Of a stretch of DNA of 64,000 nt, positions 48,435 through 62,185 are shown piece after piece (the first letter of the stretch is position 1; each line of letters starts with the position of its first letter). The position numbers and the translations under genes were made by a program. The DNA is taken from NCBI GenBank assembly GCA_002633005.1, contig NMRA01000103.1, forward strand, positions 403,612 through 467,611. The letters run 5' to 3'. Origin of the DNA: Phoronis australis. Taxonomy: Eukaryota; Animalia; Phoronida. The notes below the pieces were generated by a model, which did not search any database, had not been told where the DNA came from, and was given only the letters and a program-made list of their open reading frames with translations.

Positions 48435-50522
48435 TAGTCACTTACAGGGTCCCAGATTTTGAGAACCAGTTTGTTGCCTGTTACTCAGGTGAGAAAACTG
48501 GTTCTCAAAATGTGGGACCCTCTTAGTGACGATAACAGGATTTGACATGAACTTACTGCTACGAGGCATAAAGATAATTCCGAGCAGGTTGACTTTATGG
48601 GATGGTCTTGTATCATCCATTGGCAGAATTAATATTATCAACCATGCTGACTATATACTCAGCCATGTGGCAAGCTGTGTTTCAATAGCGTTTTTATTTA
48701 TTTAATCATGATTTGAAACTGAAACTATTCTAAAAGTTAAACTTTCAAAATTGGAAATCATACAAGTTTTTACTCGCAAAATATAGAATTTTCGCATAAA
48801 AGTCACAGTTTGTGTGCCAAATGTTTTTGCAGCTCATCACTTGCACCAGACTTAACTGCATCAATATGACTATTGTCTAGTTAATGTTCTAATTTTGTAG
48901 GTGTCAACATACTGAATGTTCCTGCCGGCACAGTGATCCATACTCATGGGACGGCGGTTATCAGCTTTGGCGACCACAATGTAATAAACGTTGTTGACCA
49001 AGTGCAACAACAGGGGGGCCCAAATAGTGCTTCTGCAGACAATGAAAGGTCTTTGTCTTCTAGTGAAGACTTCCAAATCGACTCGCAGAAATGCAGTCCA
49101 GCAGAATCAGAGGAGACATTTGTTATGAAAAGTGGTGACAACACGAATTGCAAAACGGTTGCTGAAGAAAGACACAGAGAGATTCACAAGGGATTGTCCC
49201 AAGAGGTGTCACTACTAGGTGAGCAGAGCTTGAGTGGGAGCAGGGAACTTCGTGACGAGGAACACCCCAGCTGTTCCCCTGGAAACATGCAAGGGAGCCC
49301 TGAAGAGAGCAATGTACTTGATGGCAGTGCTTGTCCCAACAGTGCCACTTGTGACTGCAGGGAAGGTGCTGAAGACAATTGTCATACTGCGTGCAATAGT
49401 TGTCATGTCAGCACCCCTGCCTTCAACAGCAACAGTGGCCAAGATTCTGATAACAATGTCTGGCGTATAGATACACAAAAGTTGGGTAACTATGAAGTTG
49501 TTTCACATAAAGTGTTATAGTCACATGATAGACTTCAAAATTAAAAATACCTGTTTTCAGGTTATCATTGGGTTTTGTAGGGTTTACTTCTTGAAGTTAT
49601 TTAGTTTGACCTGAGCTATAAAATAGCAAAATCGTGTTTTTGTGATTTTATTAGAAATCGCCAATGTTAGCTTCTAGTCATTCTGTAGAATTAACTGAAA
49701 TGGAGGCTGGCGACTTTGGGTATGCTTAGGATACTTGGCTACTTGTTGCATTGGCTTTTAGTCTTTTTAGCAGTAATAGTCACTTACAAGGGACCTGGAT
49801 TTTGAGAACCAGTTTGATGCTTGTTAATTCAGTGGAGAAGATGTTTCGCAAAATGCCGGACCCCTGTAAATGCCTAGTGCTCGTTTGGCTTTGAATTCGA
49901 CTGCGAATCCATCTTGGGACAGGTCTCAGATACATAATATTGCCCCCCCTCATAATGTCACTTTAACAAGTATTCAAGTGGATTAAGAACACGAAAATAC
50001 ATCTTAGAAATTTTCGTTGTGAAGGTTTGCCAAAATTGGCCATGGAGATGTTGAAAACAGCTCTGAAAATCCACTTGATGAGACTATTCTTACTTACCAT
50101 GACTGTTTTTTATTGAACAAGCAAGGTTTTCAAACCATGGTCCTGATCGCCATCTAACTAATTTATCAATATCAATTAATAAGACTGTAACCAGAACCAT
50201 TGTGACAAGGGTCCGTTATTTTGAACTTGAGTTAGTGTTCAACTATCATGTTATTTATGAGATAATCTGCGTTTATTAACACCTATTGTTTGCCTACCTG
50301 TGTTTACAACTTTTTATTCCTGTCTTCTTAATATACATTGTTGTGATCAAGGCAAGTGCTTAAAAGCTTGTTTGCAGCTTCCCTAATACAGTAGTGTTCC
50401 CAACAAATATGTTATTGGTATTGGTCCTTTTATGGGGGTCCCGCATTTTGAGAACCAATTTTCTCCACTGAATAGCAGGCATCTAACTGGTTCTCAAAAT
50501 CTGGAACCCCTGTAAGTGACTA
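48435..50522. repeat. Three copies of a ~95-bp palindromic mini-element (48435-48530, 49777-49876, ~50430-50522; third copy inverted)
   Basis: Shared TAGTCACTTACA.GG..CC.GATTTTGAGAACCAGT arm and related loop. Confidence 0.8.
48901..49485 (+). CDS. Ig receptor exon 8: cytoplasmic tail with RHIM-like motif (may read through to stop at 49520)
   Basis: ttttgtag acceptor in phase 1, 195-codon open frame, candidate donor G|GTAACT at 49486. Confidence 0.78.
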
Positions 50523-50577
50523 CTGTCGACTTATCTTTGTGTAAATAGCATTTTCATTTTCTGCCCTCCTGCTTAAG

Positions 50578-50594
50578 GTTTTATTGCTTACTGA
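50578..50594 (+). CDS. Ig receptor probable terminal exon (GFIAY*); predicted protein 570 aa
   Basis: Long pyrimidine tract plus AAG acceptor, in frame; AATAAA at 50654 and 51296. Confidence 0.45.
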
Positions 50595-53500
50595 TTACTG
50601 AAAAGATGGTTTCAGTAAAAACTTTTCTACCATGATAGTAGTTTATTTCTACCAATAAAGAGAATGCAGAGTCATCGAGAGGCTGTGTTGGTCAACCATG
50701 TTAAAATGGATTGCATTCTTTTAATTGCCCTATCATGGAAAAGATTTGATTCACATTTTGTTAGGTCTTGTATTCTGCTTGTTTTGGCCCTTTTAGTATT
50801 GTGTTGTAATCTTGCTTCATTTTCTGTTGAAAGCGAATCACCAAATTTATTGTTTTTAAAACTTACCCCTTTACCACAAATGCTCAAATTTTATCCCCAA
50901 TCACTTAATTGTGGCTATAGATTGTACACGGGTGTATATTATTTTTGTAAAGATTTATTTTTGTGGAAATTTTCCCCTGCCATAGTCAGTGCCAAATTGA
51001 GGACCCTCAACTGTAGCCAATCCAACCATAGCTTGTTTGTGTTTTGAAGCTGACTTACATGATGACTAATGACCGTTCATCTCTGTCAACATGTGTACGC
51101 AAAGCTTTTATTTTGGAAGTGAACGAAGTGGGACACTTGTACTTAGTTTGGGAATGTGCTCAGTTCTAACAAAAATTGTACATTTGAAAGGGCTTTGTCA
51201 TTTGTGCAAAAATGTCCAAAGTTTTCTACTTCACAACCTGAACGCAAAACCATAATGGACCAATGCATTTAGATAGGACCTGCTGTTTTATATGTAATAA
51301 AGTGATTATTTTGTACTACGCGTATATTTCCCTTGCTCAAACCGGACATGACGTTGTTGCAATCCCCTTTGGTCCAAGTACCCGGAAACTACCGGCAATC
51401 GCGGGATAACCATGGTCTTTGATAACACGTGACGGTCGGACGGAAAGGAAATGTTCTGTTCATTTACCGTGTATGCGTCACTGCCTGTGTTACTGATTTA
51501 CATCCCTATTAGTTTCGAGGTGTAACATTAGTGATGCAAGAAAGCGGCTTGTTCTCGTGAAGGCCTGCCGCTCCCTGGCCTTAGTTGCAGTTTGTCCTGG
51601 ACTACGCCTCGGTGGCCCTTGCTGCACGTGCGAACTTATTCAGGGGCTGCCAGTTGAAAATTTGTTTCGACAGGAGCGAAAGTCAGTGCGGTTGAAATCA
51701 CTGGGCAGCCGGTGGATGTCAAGTTGTGTTCCAATACCACCTGTTTATCATAGCTAGTAGAAGGGCCTGCACGAGAACCAAGCGCATCCTCGGATTGTCA
51801 CTGGCTCGAAGGCCTTCCGCAAACTTATAATTCATTATCATACAATCTGGCTTCTACATGTTTTTGCTGCAAAGACTTTGCCCACGAGTGCCACGGTATC
51901 TGGGCATATTTCAGCATCAACTCCTACCCACTTTCACTGGCAACTGAAACCCAAAAAAGACCACCCATGAATCGCCAAAGGGTTCTTAAACGAGGACATG
52001 TCTACGCGTCTAAGTGTTCTGTTCTTATTCAACGCGTACTTTTGCTTAATTAATGCGTTTAATTCTTAATCATCGGAAATAAATAGGAATCTTTTCATAT
52101 GCAACGCCCCTATGTTAAGGACAAAGTCCATATTTATTTTCATTTATGATTGAATTCAGGGCTCGGAGCTCATAACAAGATGAAATGATAGAAAAAGATT
52201 ACATCTGTGGGTAAGGAAAGGCACAACAAATAGTTAAAAGGATGCGGGTTGAGTCGCTTTGGAACCGTTTCATACACTGAACCCGGCAAAGGCAATTTTT
52301 GAAAAATGTTACAGATTTGTATCAAGTGACCGCCTAAATGATGATGGCACCGTTACGTACTGAATGTAAACGTGGTATTTTACTGGACATAACGCCATAC
52401 TAATTCAGCGCGTTGATTAAGTAAAACTACGCGTTGATTAAGCAAAAGTACACATTGAATAAGCAAAACAGCGCGTTGACTAAGCTCGTAGTCTACGCGT
52501 GGGTTAACTTAGCAAAAGTACGTGCTGATTAATTGCTGGCTTACCTGTGTAATTTTCTCAGAAAAGTTCCTCGTGTAAAGAAAACCTGGTATCAGTCTGT
52601 TCACAATGTATAAAAACACACACACTTTCTTTGAAAGTGTTCTCTGGCTTGCGCTTGAAGCTGGGATGGAACTGAAAAACGTGTTTAGTTGCGTCACGAT
52701 GATCCAAACACCACAGGAAGCAGTGCGTGACTGCATGATGAATGATGTGATCACGAAACGCTTAGTTTCATTATCATTTTCTGTTATTTGACGGTTATTT
52801 ATAAACATTTTTTCGGTGTCTGTCGATGCACGGGTTCGGCATAGGCCCTATTGATGATGTGAACTTTGTTTCTCATCACAAGTCGGCGCCAAAAAGTTTG
52901 ACGCTGTCCCTGGCGTTCAATTTTGAGCGTCACTTGACACCGGGTGTTCTTATTTCAGTTTCAGTGACTTCCAGAAACCAGCGGATCTTAGCCATGTTTC
53001 TTGTGAAAGTAGGCCTGATTGTACGGTTTTGTATTCTGCGGGCAGCCTCAGAAATTTTCCATTTGAAGTTATACCGTAGCAGTTTAGATGGTATAAAATT
53101 TTTCTTAAGGAACGTCATGAAACACCAAAGAGTCGTGTCACTTTGGTTTAGGCAGCCCAGTCACTGAAATTTATTTAAGATGAGGAACGGCGTTGATGCT
53201 TTTTGACTGCGGCTTTGCTGGTATTGAAAAATAAAGACATGCATGAAAAATATTTACTTTTAATGTTCACATGCTTTGTTTAGCAATGAATTAAACGAAA
53301 GTGCATTTCCTCAAAATGGATTCTAGGTTACGGGCAAATCGGTGCTAGTTCAGTGCAACGATTTTGATGAATCAAATGTAAACTTATCACGATATGTACC
53401 GTCAATTCTACATGAGTAAATTGCTTTTGTCGGTTTTGTGTCAAGCAGTCGTAACAATTTGCTCGGGCAAGTATCAAGTTCTTTTGGCAAAAACGGCAAT

Positions 53501-54229
53501 ATTAACTTCTTCATGACGAGAAACTTTGTTTTAATTGAACGGTTGGGCATGCAAATCCGTTTTTGCCTGTATTCCGGTTGGTCACGGTCCAGCTCATCAA
53601 AAAATTTCGAAATTCTGGTACATTCTGCAGACGAATACTAAGACTAAATGTATCACATTTGCTCCAATTTTAGGGAGGCCAAAGTCCTACGGTCACTGGC
53701 TCCACCATGTTAAAAAGTTACTGGATTCTACCAGTAGGATTGCATATGTCAAGTGTAGTCGACCTTGGAAATGTGGCGACTCCTTGTGTCATACACTTTA
53801 GATATCACCGTAGGAGAGTAGGCCGGGTAAATACTAAACCCGATCGACCAGTCTGTTACAGTACGCGTGCCTTGCTGGTGTCATGGTACGCGGCGAAGAT
53901 GAATGAACGGACCCTCCCCCGTCTTTTATGACTTTTAAAAGAAAACTTCCGAGTCTTTCGAACCATCATGTTGCAGTTTGATACATTTCCAGTGTCGGGC
54001 CAGGCCCATCAGGACTGGCCGCCGGTCACCTCTCGGCGTTGCCTGGTGGCTCAATGGCCCGTTAGAGCGGCACCACCCCGATGCACAGTCTGCGTTTCAT
54101 GCATCCATATGATATGATCTTAAATGAGACATTTTATGTGTTTTCGAGGATCGTGTTCTTCTATCTTAAAATGATAGAATTTCCGCTATTTTGTGAACAA
54201 TCGGTGCGGTCCGTATGAAGTTTGAAGTT

Positions 54230-54400
54230 TTCCCGCCCCCTAGACAAGTAATGACTCGTTCAGAGCTTCACCAATAAGGCTATCACCCCTCCAATGCTAT
54301 GGACTATCCCTAAATTACATTGTTTACATCACCACGTGGAGCTGTGATCAGAAACCGTTTCCGGGATATGGCAGAGTTGTTGGTGTGTGCGGCTGTGAAG
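54230..54400 (+). promoter_or_regulatory. Probable promoter and first coding exon (54368-54400, MAELLVCAAVK) of an unidentified + strand gene
   Basis: GC box, two CCAAT (54271, 54291), CACGTG, TTCCGG, then ATG…AAG|GTAATA. Phase-0 acceptor gttcag|GAAATTGCAGAA at ~56827 (EIAENLQFCDS). Rest of the gene not traced. Confidence 0.35.
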
Positions 54401-55397
54401 GTAATATTGTTGGGTTGTTGCCTTTTGTGTCCATTCTTTTACTGCCTTTCACTTTGAATCAAATTAAGTTGACTCTGTTTGCGGTGCATGAATTTGAATT
54501 AGCATGGTCAGGTTAAACAATACCATTTGTCCGTGATGACTATGAAACCCGACCTGGCAGTCAGTGTTTTGGATCTGGTAAGCCGTGAACGGTTCGTACA
54601 AAACGACTTCGCCTGTTTTACTGCGTTGATTTCGGAATTATCGCGTTGATTTTAATAAATTATTATGAACATCACGGCGGTGATTATTGGAATCACTGCG
54701 CTGGTGCTTTATTGTCAATACAGACTGTAGGCCTACTGACAACAGTTAACATCGAGGCCTCTCTTAACATTGATTGGAGTGAAAATTAGACTGAGATGAC
54801 TTGACACAGTTCTCCCAACCTCAGGCTAGAGTTCAGTAGCGCTAAGACCTTCACTACCTTCACTTCAGTGATGTGACCATGTGGGCGTTTAAACTTATAA
54901 TAAATCTTTGAAAGCGATGTTTTAGAATCGGTGTTTTAAACAAGGTTTAAAAAATGTAGCTCATCCAAAGTGTATTTCCAAATTTCTCGCATTGTTTATG
55001 ACATGTTAAATGTGTCTGTGTTTTTATCGCCCCAAAGTCAAATTGCTGTTAGAGTGTAGTATGTTACTATGGAGACACGAATCTGTGATAAAGTTTATCA
55101 TATCTTACATCATATCTTAACTAACTAAATTCTATTTAGCCCAGGCCAAGAGTTGCTATTGCTGGTAAGTTAAAAAGCCCTTTCCCATACGCCAGTCAAC
55201 TCCACTACTATATCGAAGATTCGATGTTAACTGTCACGGTTGTTAGTTTTCCCTTCAGCTTCGGAGTTATTCTGATTCACAAGAGCAGCGAAGTTATCGC
55301 AAGGCGGCACTATGCCTTGCTGTTTTTGTCTTTGCCGAAGGACCTCTTCCCATTGGCCCAAAGGGAAACTAGAAAGTCCACTTCACAAGGCAGCTTA

Positions 55398-55555
55398 CAG
55401 TGGCGGATTTAGAGGGGGGCCAAGGGGGCCATGGCCCCCCTAAAATTCTCCCAGATTCCATTTGGCAGTACGGGTGTGCGAATGTCTGATGGGCAAAATC
55501 CTGTTTAATACTCTGCCCTGCGCCTCCCCAACTCAAAATCCTGGATCCGCCCCTG
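55398..55555. mobile_element. Small hAT-like MITE, CAGTGGCGGAT…ATCCGCCCCTG, 5-bp TSD GCTTA
   Basis: TIRs and identical 5-bp flanks visible. Confidence 0.7.
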
Positions 55556-56773
55556 GCTTATGATGGTTGCCTTGTTGAGACAATGACAATATACTAGAAG
55601 ATGACATTTGAGTAGGTTTATTGTTGATCTGAACATTATGGCGGTATGGCCGGGAACCCATTTTCCGTGCGCTACATTCACTTTTTTTTATTGTAAAGAA
55701 TTGAGCAAATACATGGATAAATTGAAGCAGAATGTTTATACTGCCAAAATAACGTAAAATTAGAACAAAATATTTACTAATATTGACCAGTCGCTGCTTG
55801 TTGTTGGCATATGCTGTGACCGTTGCCGATAACTCTGATGGCATCGAAGTTTAAACAAGACATTGTAGCAGTATTAACTTTGATCCAAGACCATTGACTG
55901 AAGCTTCAGTAACACCAAATCTTCAGAGCCAGTGGGACAGGCCTTAAAGACATCAAAGCATACTCGTCTACTTTATTTGGTTGTCTTAATTTGAATGAGG
56001 GTGTCCACGTGTATGCCCTGGACACCTACCAGGCAAAGCCTGGTTAAAATGCCCCCAGTTCAATTTTTATCGAACTGTTAAGCCAATACAGAGACTGACT
56101 GGAAAACAGAAGGCATGTAATANCGGGTGTGCGAATGTCTGATGGGCAAAATCCTGTTTAATACTCTGCCCTGCGCCTCCCCAACTCAAAATCCTGGATC
56201 CGCCCCTGGCTTATGATGGTTGCCTTGTTGAGACAATGACAATATACTAGAAGATGACATTTGAGTAGGTTTATTGTTGATCTGAACATTATGGCGGTAT
56301 GGCCGGGAACCCATTTTCCGTGCGCTACATTCACTTTTTTTTATTGTAAAGAATTGAGCAAATACATGGATAAATTGAAGCAGAATGTTTATACTGCCAA
56401 AATAACGTATAATTAGAACAAAATATTTACTAATATTGACCAGTCGCTGCTTGTTGTTGGCATATGCTGTGACCGTTGCCGATAACTCTGATGGCATCAA
56501 AGTTTAAACAAGACATTGTAGCAGTTTTAACTTTGATCCAAGACCATTGACTGAAGCTTCAGTAACACCAAATCTTCAGAGCCAGTGGGACAGGCCTTAA
56601 AGACATCAAAGCATACTCGTCTACTTTATTTGGTTGTCTTAATTTGAATGAGGGTGTCCACGTGTATGCCCTAGACACCTACCAGGCAAAGCCTGGTTAA
56701 AATGCCCCCAGTTCAATTTTTATCGAACTGTTAAGCCAATACAGAGACTGACTGGAAAACAGAAGGCATGTAA
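55471..56773. other. ~650-bp direct duplication separated by a single n (likely assembly/haplotype overlap)
   Basis: Copies at 55471-56120 and 56124-56773 differ by a few substitutions; n at 56123. Confidence 0.85.
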
Positions 56774-59700
56774 CACAAGTTGTTGCTTTGCACTAGTGTG
56801 GCATTCAATTCTATTTTGTCTGTTCAGGAAATTGCAGAAAATTTACAATTTTGCGACAGCGTATTTGTGAGGATGCAGTTTTCCCACCAAAAATTGCTCG
56901 CTTCTTTGAGAGTGGCAGTTTCTCTTGAATTATACGAAATTGTAGGAAGCTTTAACAAGTCATCGGTCAAATCAGTTGGCTTTATTCTATGAATCACGAA
57001 GGTTGCCATTACCAACTGTGCATTTCATTTTTTATATTACTTTTGTCCAAAACAGGTGTGATTTTCCTGTTAAAGGTGATGCAAAATGTGTAGCGGTTCA
57101 GCAGCCGTATTTTTATGGCCAAATTCCGAGCTGTTTTCGACATTGGAGAGCTGACACATTGGTGTGCGTTAAAGAAGAGCAACCAATCTGACTAGAAGAT
57201 TGTTTGTCATTTACAGTTTTAGATAGGGTGTGTGACTTTTTAAGTTGAGACAAAATGTTGTTTTGTATAGGGTTCAAATGGGGACTGATGGCCATTGCCA
57301 GGTTTTGAGTTGACCATAGTAATGTCAATTTTTATGTCTTGTGTCACCATAGTTTTGGAGTCTTGTTTTATTTATATTAAGCATGATTAGGACCGAAACA
57401 CATTGCTAGGGTGTAACTGAGATTTTGTGGTGTAATCTCCTCGAACTGCTGGTATTCTCTCTTGCTTATCAACAGCTATTCCTGACAATTGCCATCTCTC
57501 CACTACGTATACAGCCAGAGTAGGCACTTACCATATCACAAACTGCAAAATTCACGATGTAAGATATACGTGTTTTAAGGAAAGTCATAATTAATTAAAT
57601 TGTCCAAAATACATTCCCAGTCATTGCGTCAATGTAGGACCATAGAAAAATACCCGAATTTTGTTAAATTTGGAGCAATTTATCTTAGAAACACTTATAG
57701 GATTGGTATGAAACATTCTGAGACATGTTTATTGTACTGCTTGTCTTTTACCAAAAAAATTTTCAGCCATATTGTGTCCTAAATTGATGAGATTTTATGG
57801 TATTTCAACAACAGCAGTGTGACTGTTTCAAAAACTTGTGATCTGTTGCCATCTGCCTTGGTATACCGGATAGGGTTCACTTTAAAAGATGGCCGACAAG
57901 GGCTTTGTCAACCAACCGCGAACTTTATTGTCACTATTTAACATCTGAGAGATTAATGTCTCTTTGTTGGCATTTTCATTGTGTTTGGTGGTAGGCATAA
58001 CTTGTGAACTTGTTGGGAAGTCACCCGAAAGTTGGCCTACGTATTTGCTAGGCTCGCGCTAGGTGCTCGCCAGCTCGCTATTGGCAAATTCTGAGCAGCC
58101 CTGGCGATGGCAGAGTTGAGTCCATTCATCAATTTCGGTAAACCTACTCGCATGTCAACTCAGTCAGCTCAAATCAAGTTGCGTAGGAAGCGACTCTCTT
58201 ACGTCGCTTCCGAGTCCTAAATATCTTGCTCATTAAAATGCCTACGAGTATGGCGTATCCCCACCATAAACCATGGGATAGGGGAATCCCTACCCAGTTT
58301 TAGGTCAAAATTCATGAAATGCGTAACCCGAGTATAGGGGCAACTACTGCCCAATTTTTGGGTGAACATCAATGAAATGCCCATGTGGCCGGCGTGCTTA
58401 GAGGGGAACCTCTACCCATTTTTGATCAACATCATGCCCATATGGCAGGCATACACCCTGCCTTAATCAGGGGATAGGTTGAAAGTGTTTGACTAATAAT
58501 TTTTGAAAATGGCTACTGAAAAGTTTTCAGTTGCTTTAGCCATTTTATCTAATACCTTTAAAAGTCTAGCCCGAGCCTAGATTTGGCCTACATTGTTTGT
58601 TATGACCACTTAAATCTTTGCATGCAGTTGCCCCATGTAAACTTGCAGCTTCTAAAAGTCATTTTGTAATTCCATAGGTCTTATAGTCCAAAAGTTTATT
58701 GGGTTACAAAAAGTCAAGTTTTGTCTGTGCTACATACATACATAATGTCTGTAATAACCTCAGTCTATTATTGTAAGGAATTATTTTTTGTTTTGTTAAT
58801 ACCACTTGTTAGTGTAAATAGGGTAAGAGTTCTCCAGTTTAGCGTTCCTAAAATTTGGGACCATGATATTCAAACCGAAATTGAATTTTATTGATTATCA
58901 AGATTAGGAGATGGGTAATCTTGGCGTTTTGTATCGGCAGTGTCTGGAAATTGACTTGGCAGTGCACAAAATCGTCAAAAGTTGCGCCACTGATGCAATA
59001 TTCTCATGTTGCGTTACGTTTGTCACTGATTGTAATTCTTAGATTAGGGATGGCCAACCATGTCTATTTCTATGACGAGCTCGGACCATGAGCAAAATAA
59101 TTTTTCACTGTGTAAAACAGAAGAATGATTTATCAAAATTCTACGCGATTGTGTCGTGGCAGAAGTGGAGCTCAGTACAGCTTGTTTCGGGCAAACTTGA
59201 TTGCACGTGTTCTAATTAAGATTGATCTATCTATGGGAATTCTTCACGAATTTGTCAAACCATATATTGGACAAATGACTTGTCAAGTTCCTCATCTAAT
59301 TTAAAGATTAATAAATTTTGGTGTACTTTTTACCTACTTCTCTGCTGTGTAGATGTTATGATTTAACGACATTTGGCAAAACTAATTCTATCTGAGCAAG
59401 TAATCAGTCTTTAAAAATTAGAATTCGGGCAATTTTGGCAATTATTTCTGTGCGAAAAAAGTTCATAATTACGATAATTATTGGCGTGCTGACAGGCTTT
59501 GAATTAGAAGTGATGTTTTTGAGTTATTTGTGTTGTGTGAAGCGAATGCCAGCCAGTGTTGGCTAATTGTCTGTGTACTTCTGGTACACTTGCATATGAT
59601 GAGGTGACCTCATGACTAGAATTTCTCAATTTAATCACCAGATGTAACTGAAATGGACTTTAACGTTGTCCACAACACTTCCGAAACTTTTCTTTATATT

Positions 59701-62185
59701 TTTTGTGTCTGTTTACAACCAGATATTTAGTTGAAGAGATACTAAATTGTTCTCGACTCGGCGGTGGTCTGTGTTGAGTTGCTGTTCACGCAGTCTCTAG
59801 TTAATACTTTTAATAAAAAAGTCCTGTGCTGTTCAGCCGAAAGGGAATATTCAACTCTGGGGGGTAAATTCCGGTTTTCCCTTCTAACAAAAGCGGCATT
59901 TAAATATTTGAAGTATTCACAATGGAACACTGTTGATTGCAGGCAAGCCTGCTGCCTGTTAGGCAGTTTGGGAAAAGCACTTGAACCAGATGTAAGAAGT
60001 GGCCTCTTTAATGCTTATCAGGTCTTTTCCAGCTAATAACACCACAAGTGTTTGGTCACACTGCATGTCCTAAGTGGTTTACACACCCTGCAGTGACACA
60101 TGTGTACCATTAGTGAGGGGTCAGAGGTTAGACTTTCACTGATAGATAATTATTTTTAACAGGTCAATGGCTCTGAGTGGAGAAACAACTACTAGCATAA
60201 ACCATCTTTACATATTGCAAATGCTGACTGTAGCTATTTTGGTAATAGTAAAGTTTTGGCTGAATATTTATTTGCACTATCATCCTCTCTCCCCTCCCAG
60301 CCAACTGGTTGGCTGAGCCTCATGTTTCAAGTATTTTGAAACAATAGATGTGGCTAGGAAGTGATAGCTGACACTGGCAAAAAAACAGGATATCATAATA
60401 TTAGTATGGTTATCTTAATTTATATGTCATGTCTGCAGCTGCTAAACTTGTCAGAGGGTGAAATGGGTTAGGAAACAGTGCAGACACATATAAATACTGG
60501 GCTGGTGATATTCATGGGTATGCCTAGAATGGCTGTGAGATTTTGTAGGTTGACAAATTGATTATCATCTCTTGGACTTGATAGGATTTCCTGTAACCTG
60601 GAATTTTACAGGATTGTAGGTATCGAAAGAGCCAGGCATTAGTTCCAGTCTGAAGTGCATAGTTTAGATCTGCAAGCCAATCACATGGGAAGCTGATGTG
60701 ATCCCGTGCTTCGCTTGGAAATCTGTGGCCTTATCTTTAGAACACTATGCGTTCTCTCTTCTCACAAGGAAACTTGCTCTAGGGAACGGGGCATGGTATT
60801 CACTCTGATCTGGAATTGCCAGCAAGATGAGTATTGGGTCATTTTGGGTCTCCCACCACCATCGGTAGTGATCAACGTTTGTGTTCGGAGATGCTAATTA
60901 GTATGCGTGGGGTTAAACAGTAATTAGTTGGCTTAGTGTTCAAGTTCATTTGCCAACTTTCATTCAGCCCTTTGGAGCCCAGCAGTAACTGTGCAAGTGA
61001 CCATTAGAAGGACTTATTACAGCATATTTTATTTCTGGTCCTGTTTCCTTTAAATTATCCACTCTGAAGTCTAAACATGCCAGGGTTTTCTTTGGGCTTG
61101 GGTTTCTTGTAAAATACACACAATTAGTTGGTAAATTAGCCTAAATGATTTCCTCTGCTAACAAGCAATTTAAGACCAATTTGTTTTGAAGAGCTCTTGG
61201 GGGGTTTTACCTCACAAATTGCCTTTGGAAATGAAATGTAAATATTTTCTCCGCCAATTAGGCCTAGACTTAATTAGTAGTAATTGTGATCTAAAACTGT
61301 AGGACTTTTGGGCTTTGGCTTTGAGTTCAAACAATATTGTGACTTCAAAAGTGTTTGCGTTGCGTAATTTAGACAGGTGTCAAATAATTCATATTTTTTG
61401 AGGCTATGCCCAATATGGCTGCTTGCAATTTTGCGTTCGTGTGTGATACCTTCAAGCTATTTTTCACTGATGACAAGATGTTTCACTCATTTACAGGTCT
61501 AATGTTTAAGCTCCATAGTATGAAAATTCCTTATTCTAAATTCCATTTTAAATTAGGTTGAAGTTAAAACGATTCTAAACCCCGTTTTGATGATTTTAAC
61601 CAATCCTCATTTTGTCACCTGCTCATGCACCTTTGTCATCTCATGTGAGTGATAAAAGCAGCCTGAAATAAACTAAAATCACATACTGTCGATGTCAAAG
61701 ATTGGATATTGTGGTTCTTGGTGGATGGTTCTGCCCTAACAGTTGTCCTGTAAATCACCTTAAATGCGTAGGTCATGCTTTTTCGTTTGGCAGACTGTGC
61801 AAAGAGTTTTCAAAATTTGCTCCAAACTTCTCAGGGTTGTTGAGGTTTACAGGGCATTATTCGGTTTCAGAGTTGGGAGAGTCGTTTTTAACATCTTTTA
61901 ATAGGCATCCTTTTGAAGAGTTATGATTTCTCTCAAATGTGAGAAATGCTACTCCCTTTAATGCAGCTTGAGTATATTGCACATTTTGGTCCTTATTGAA
62001 CTAGATTAGTCCTCGAAATTAAAACTTCAAATGTTTATGTTTAGCATAGCTCCCACCCCATAATTTATAAGCGAAAGACTTCCTTAAAAATGCCAGTGTC
62101 AGTGGCTGCACATAATTGACTTGGTCTGGTCAGGCGGCTAAGGCATCTGATTGATTCTCAATGACAACTTAGCTGGTTACACCAG

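Noticed and set aside
55471-56773. Tandem duplicated 103/104-aa ORFs
   Set aside because: The duplication joins at a single n and starts inside a MITE, which is typical of allelic contig overlap; the ORFs look non-coding.
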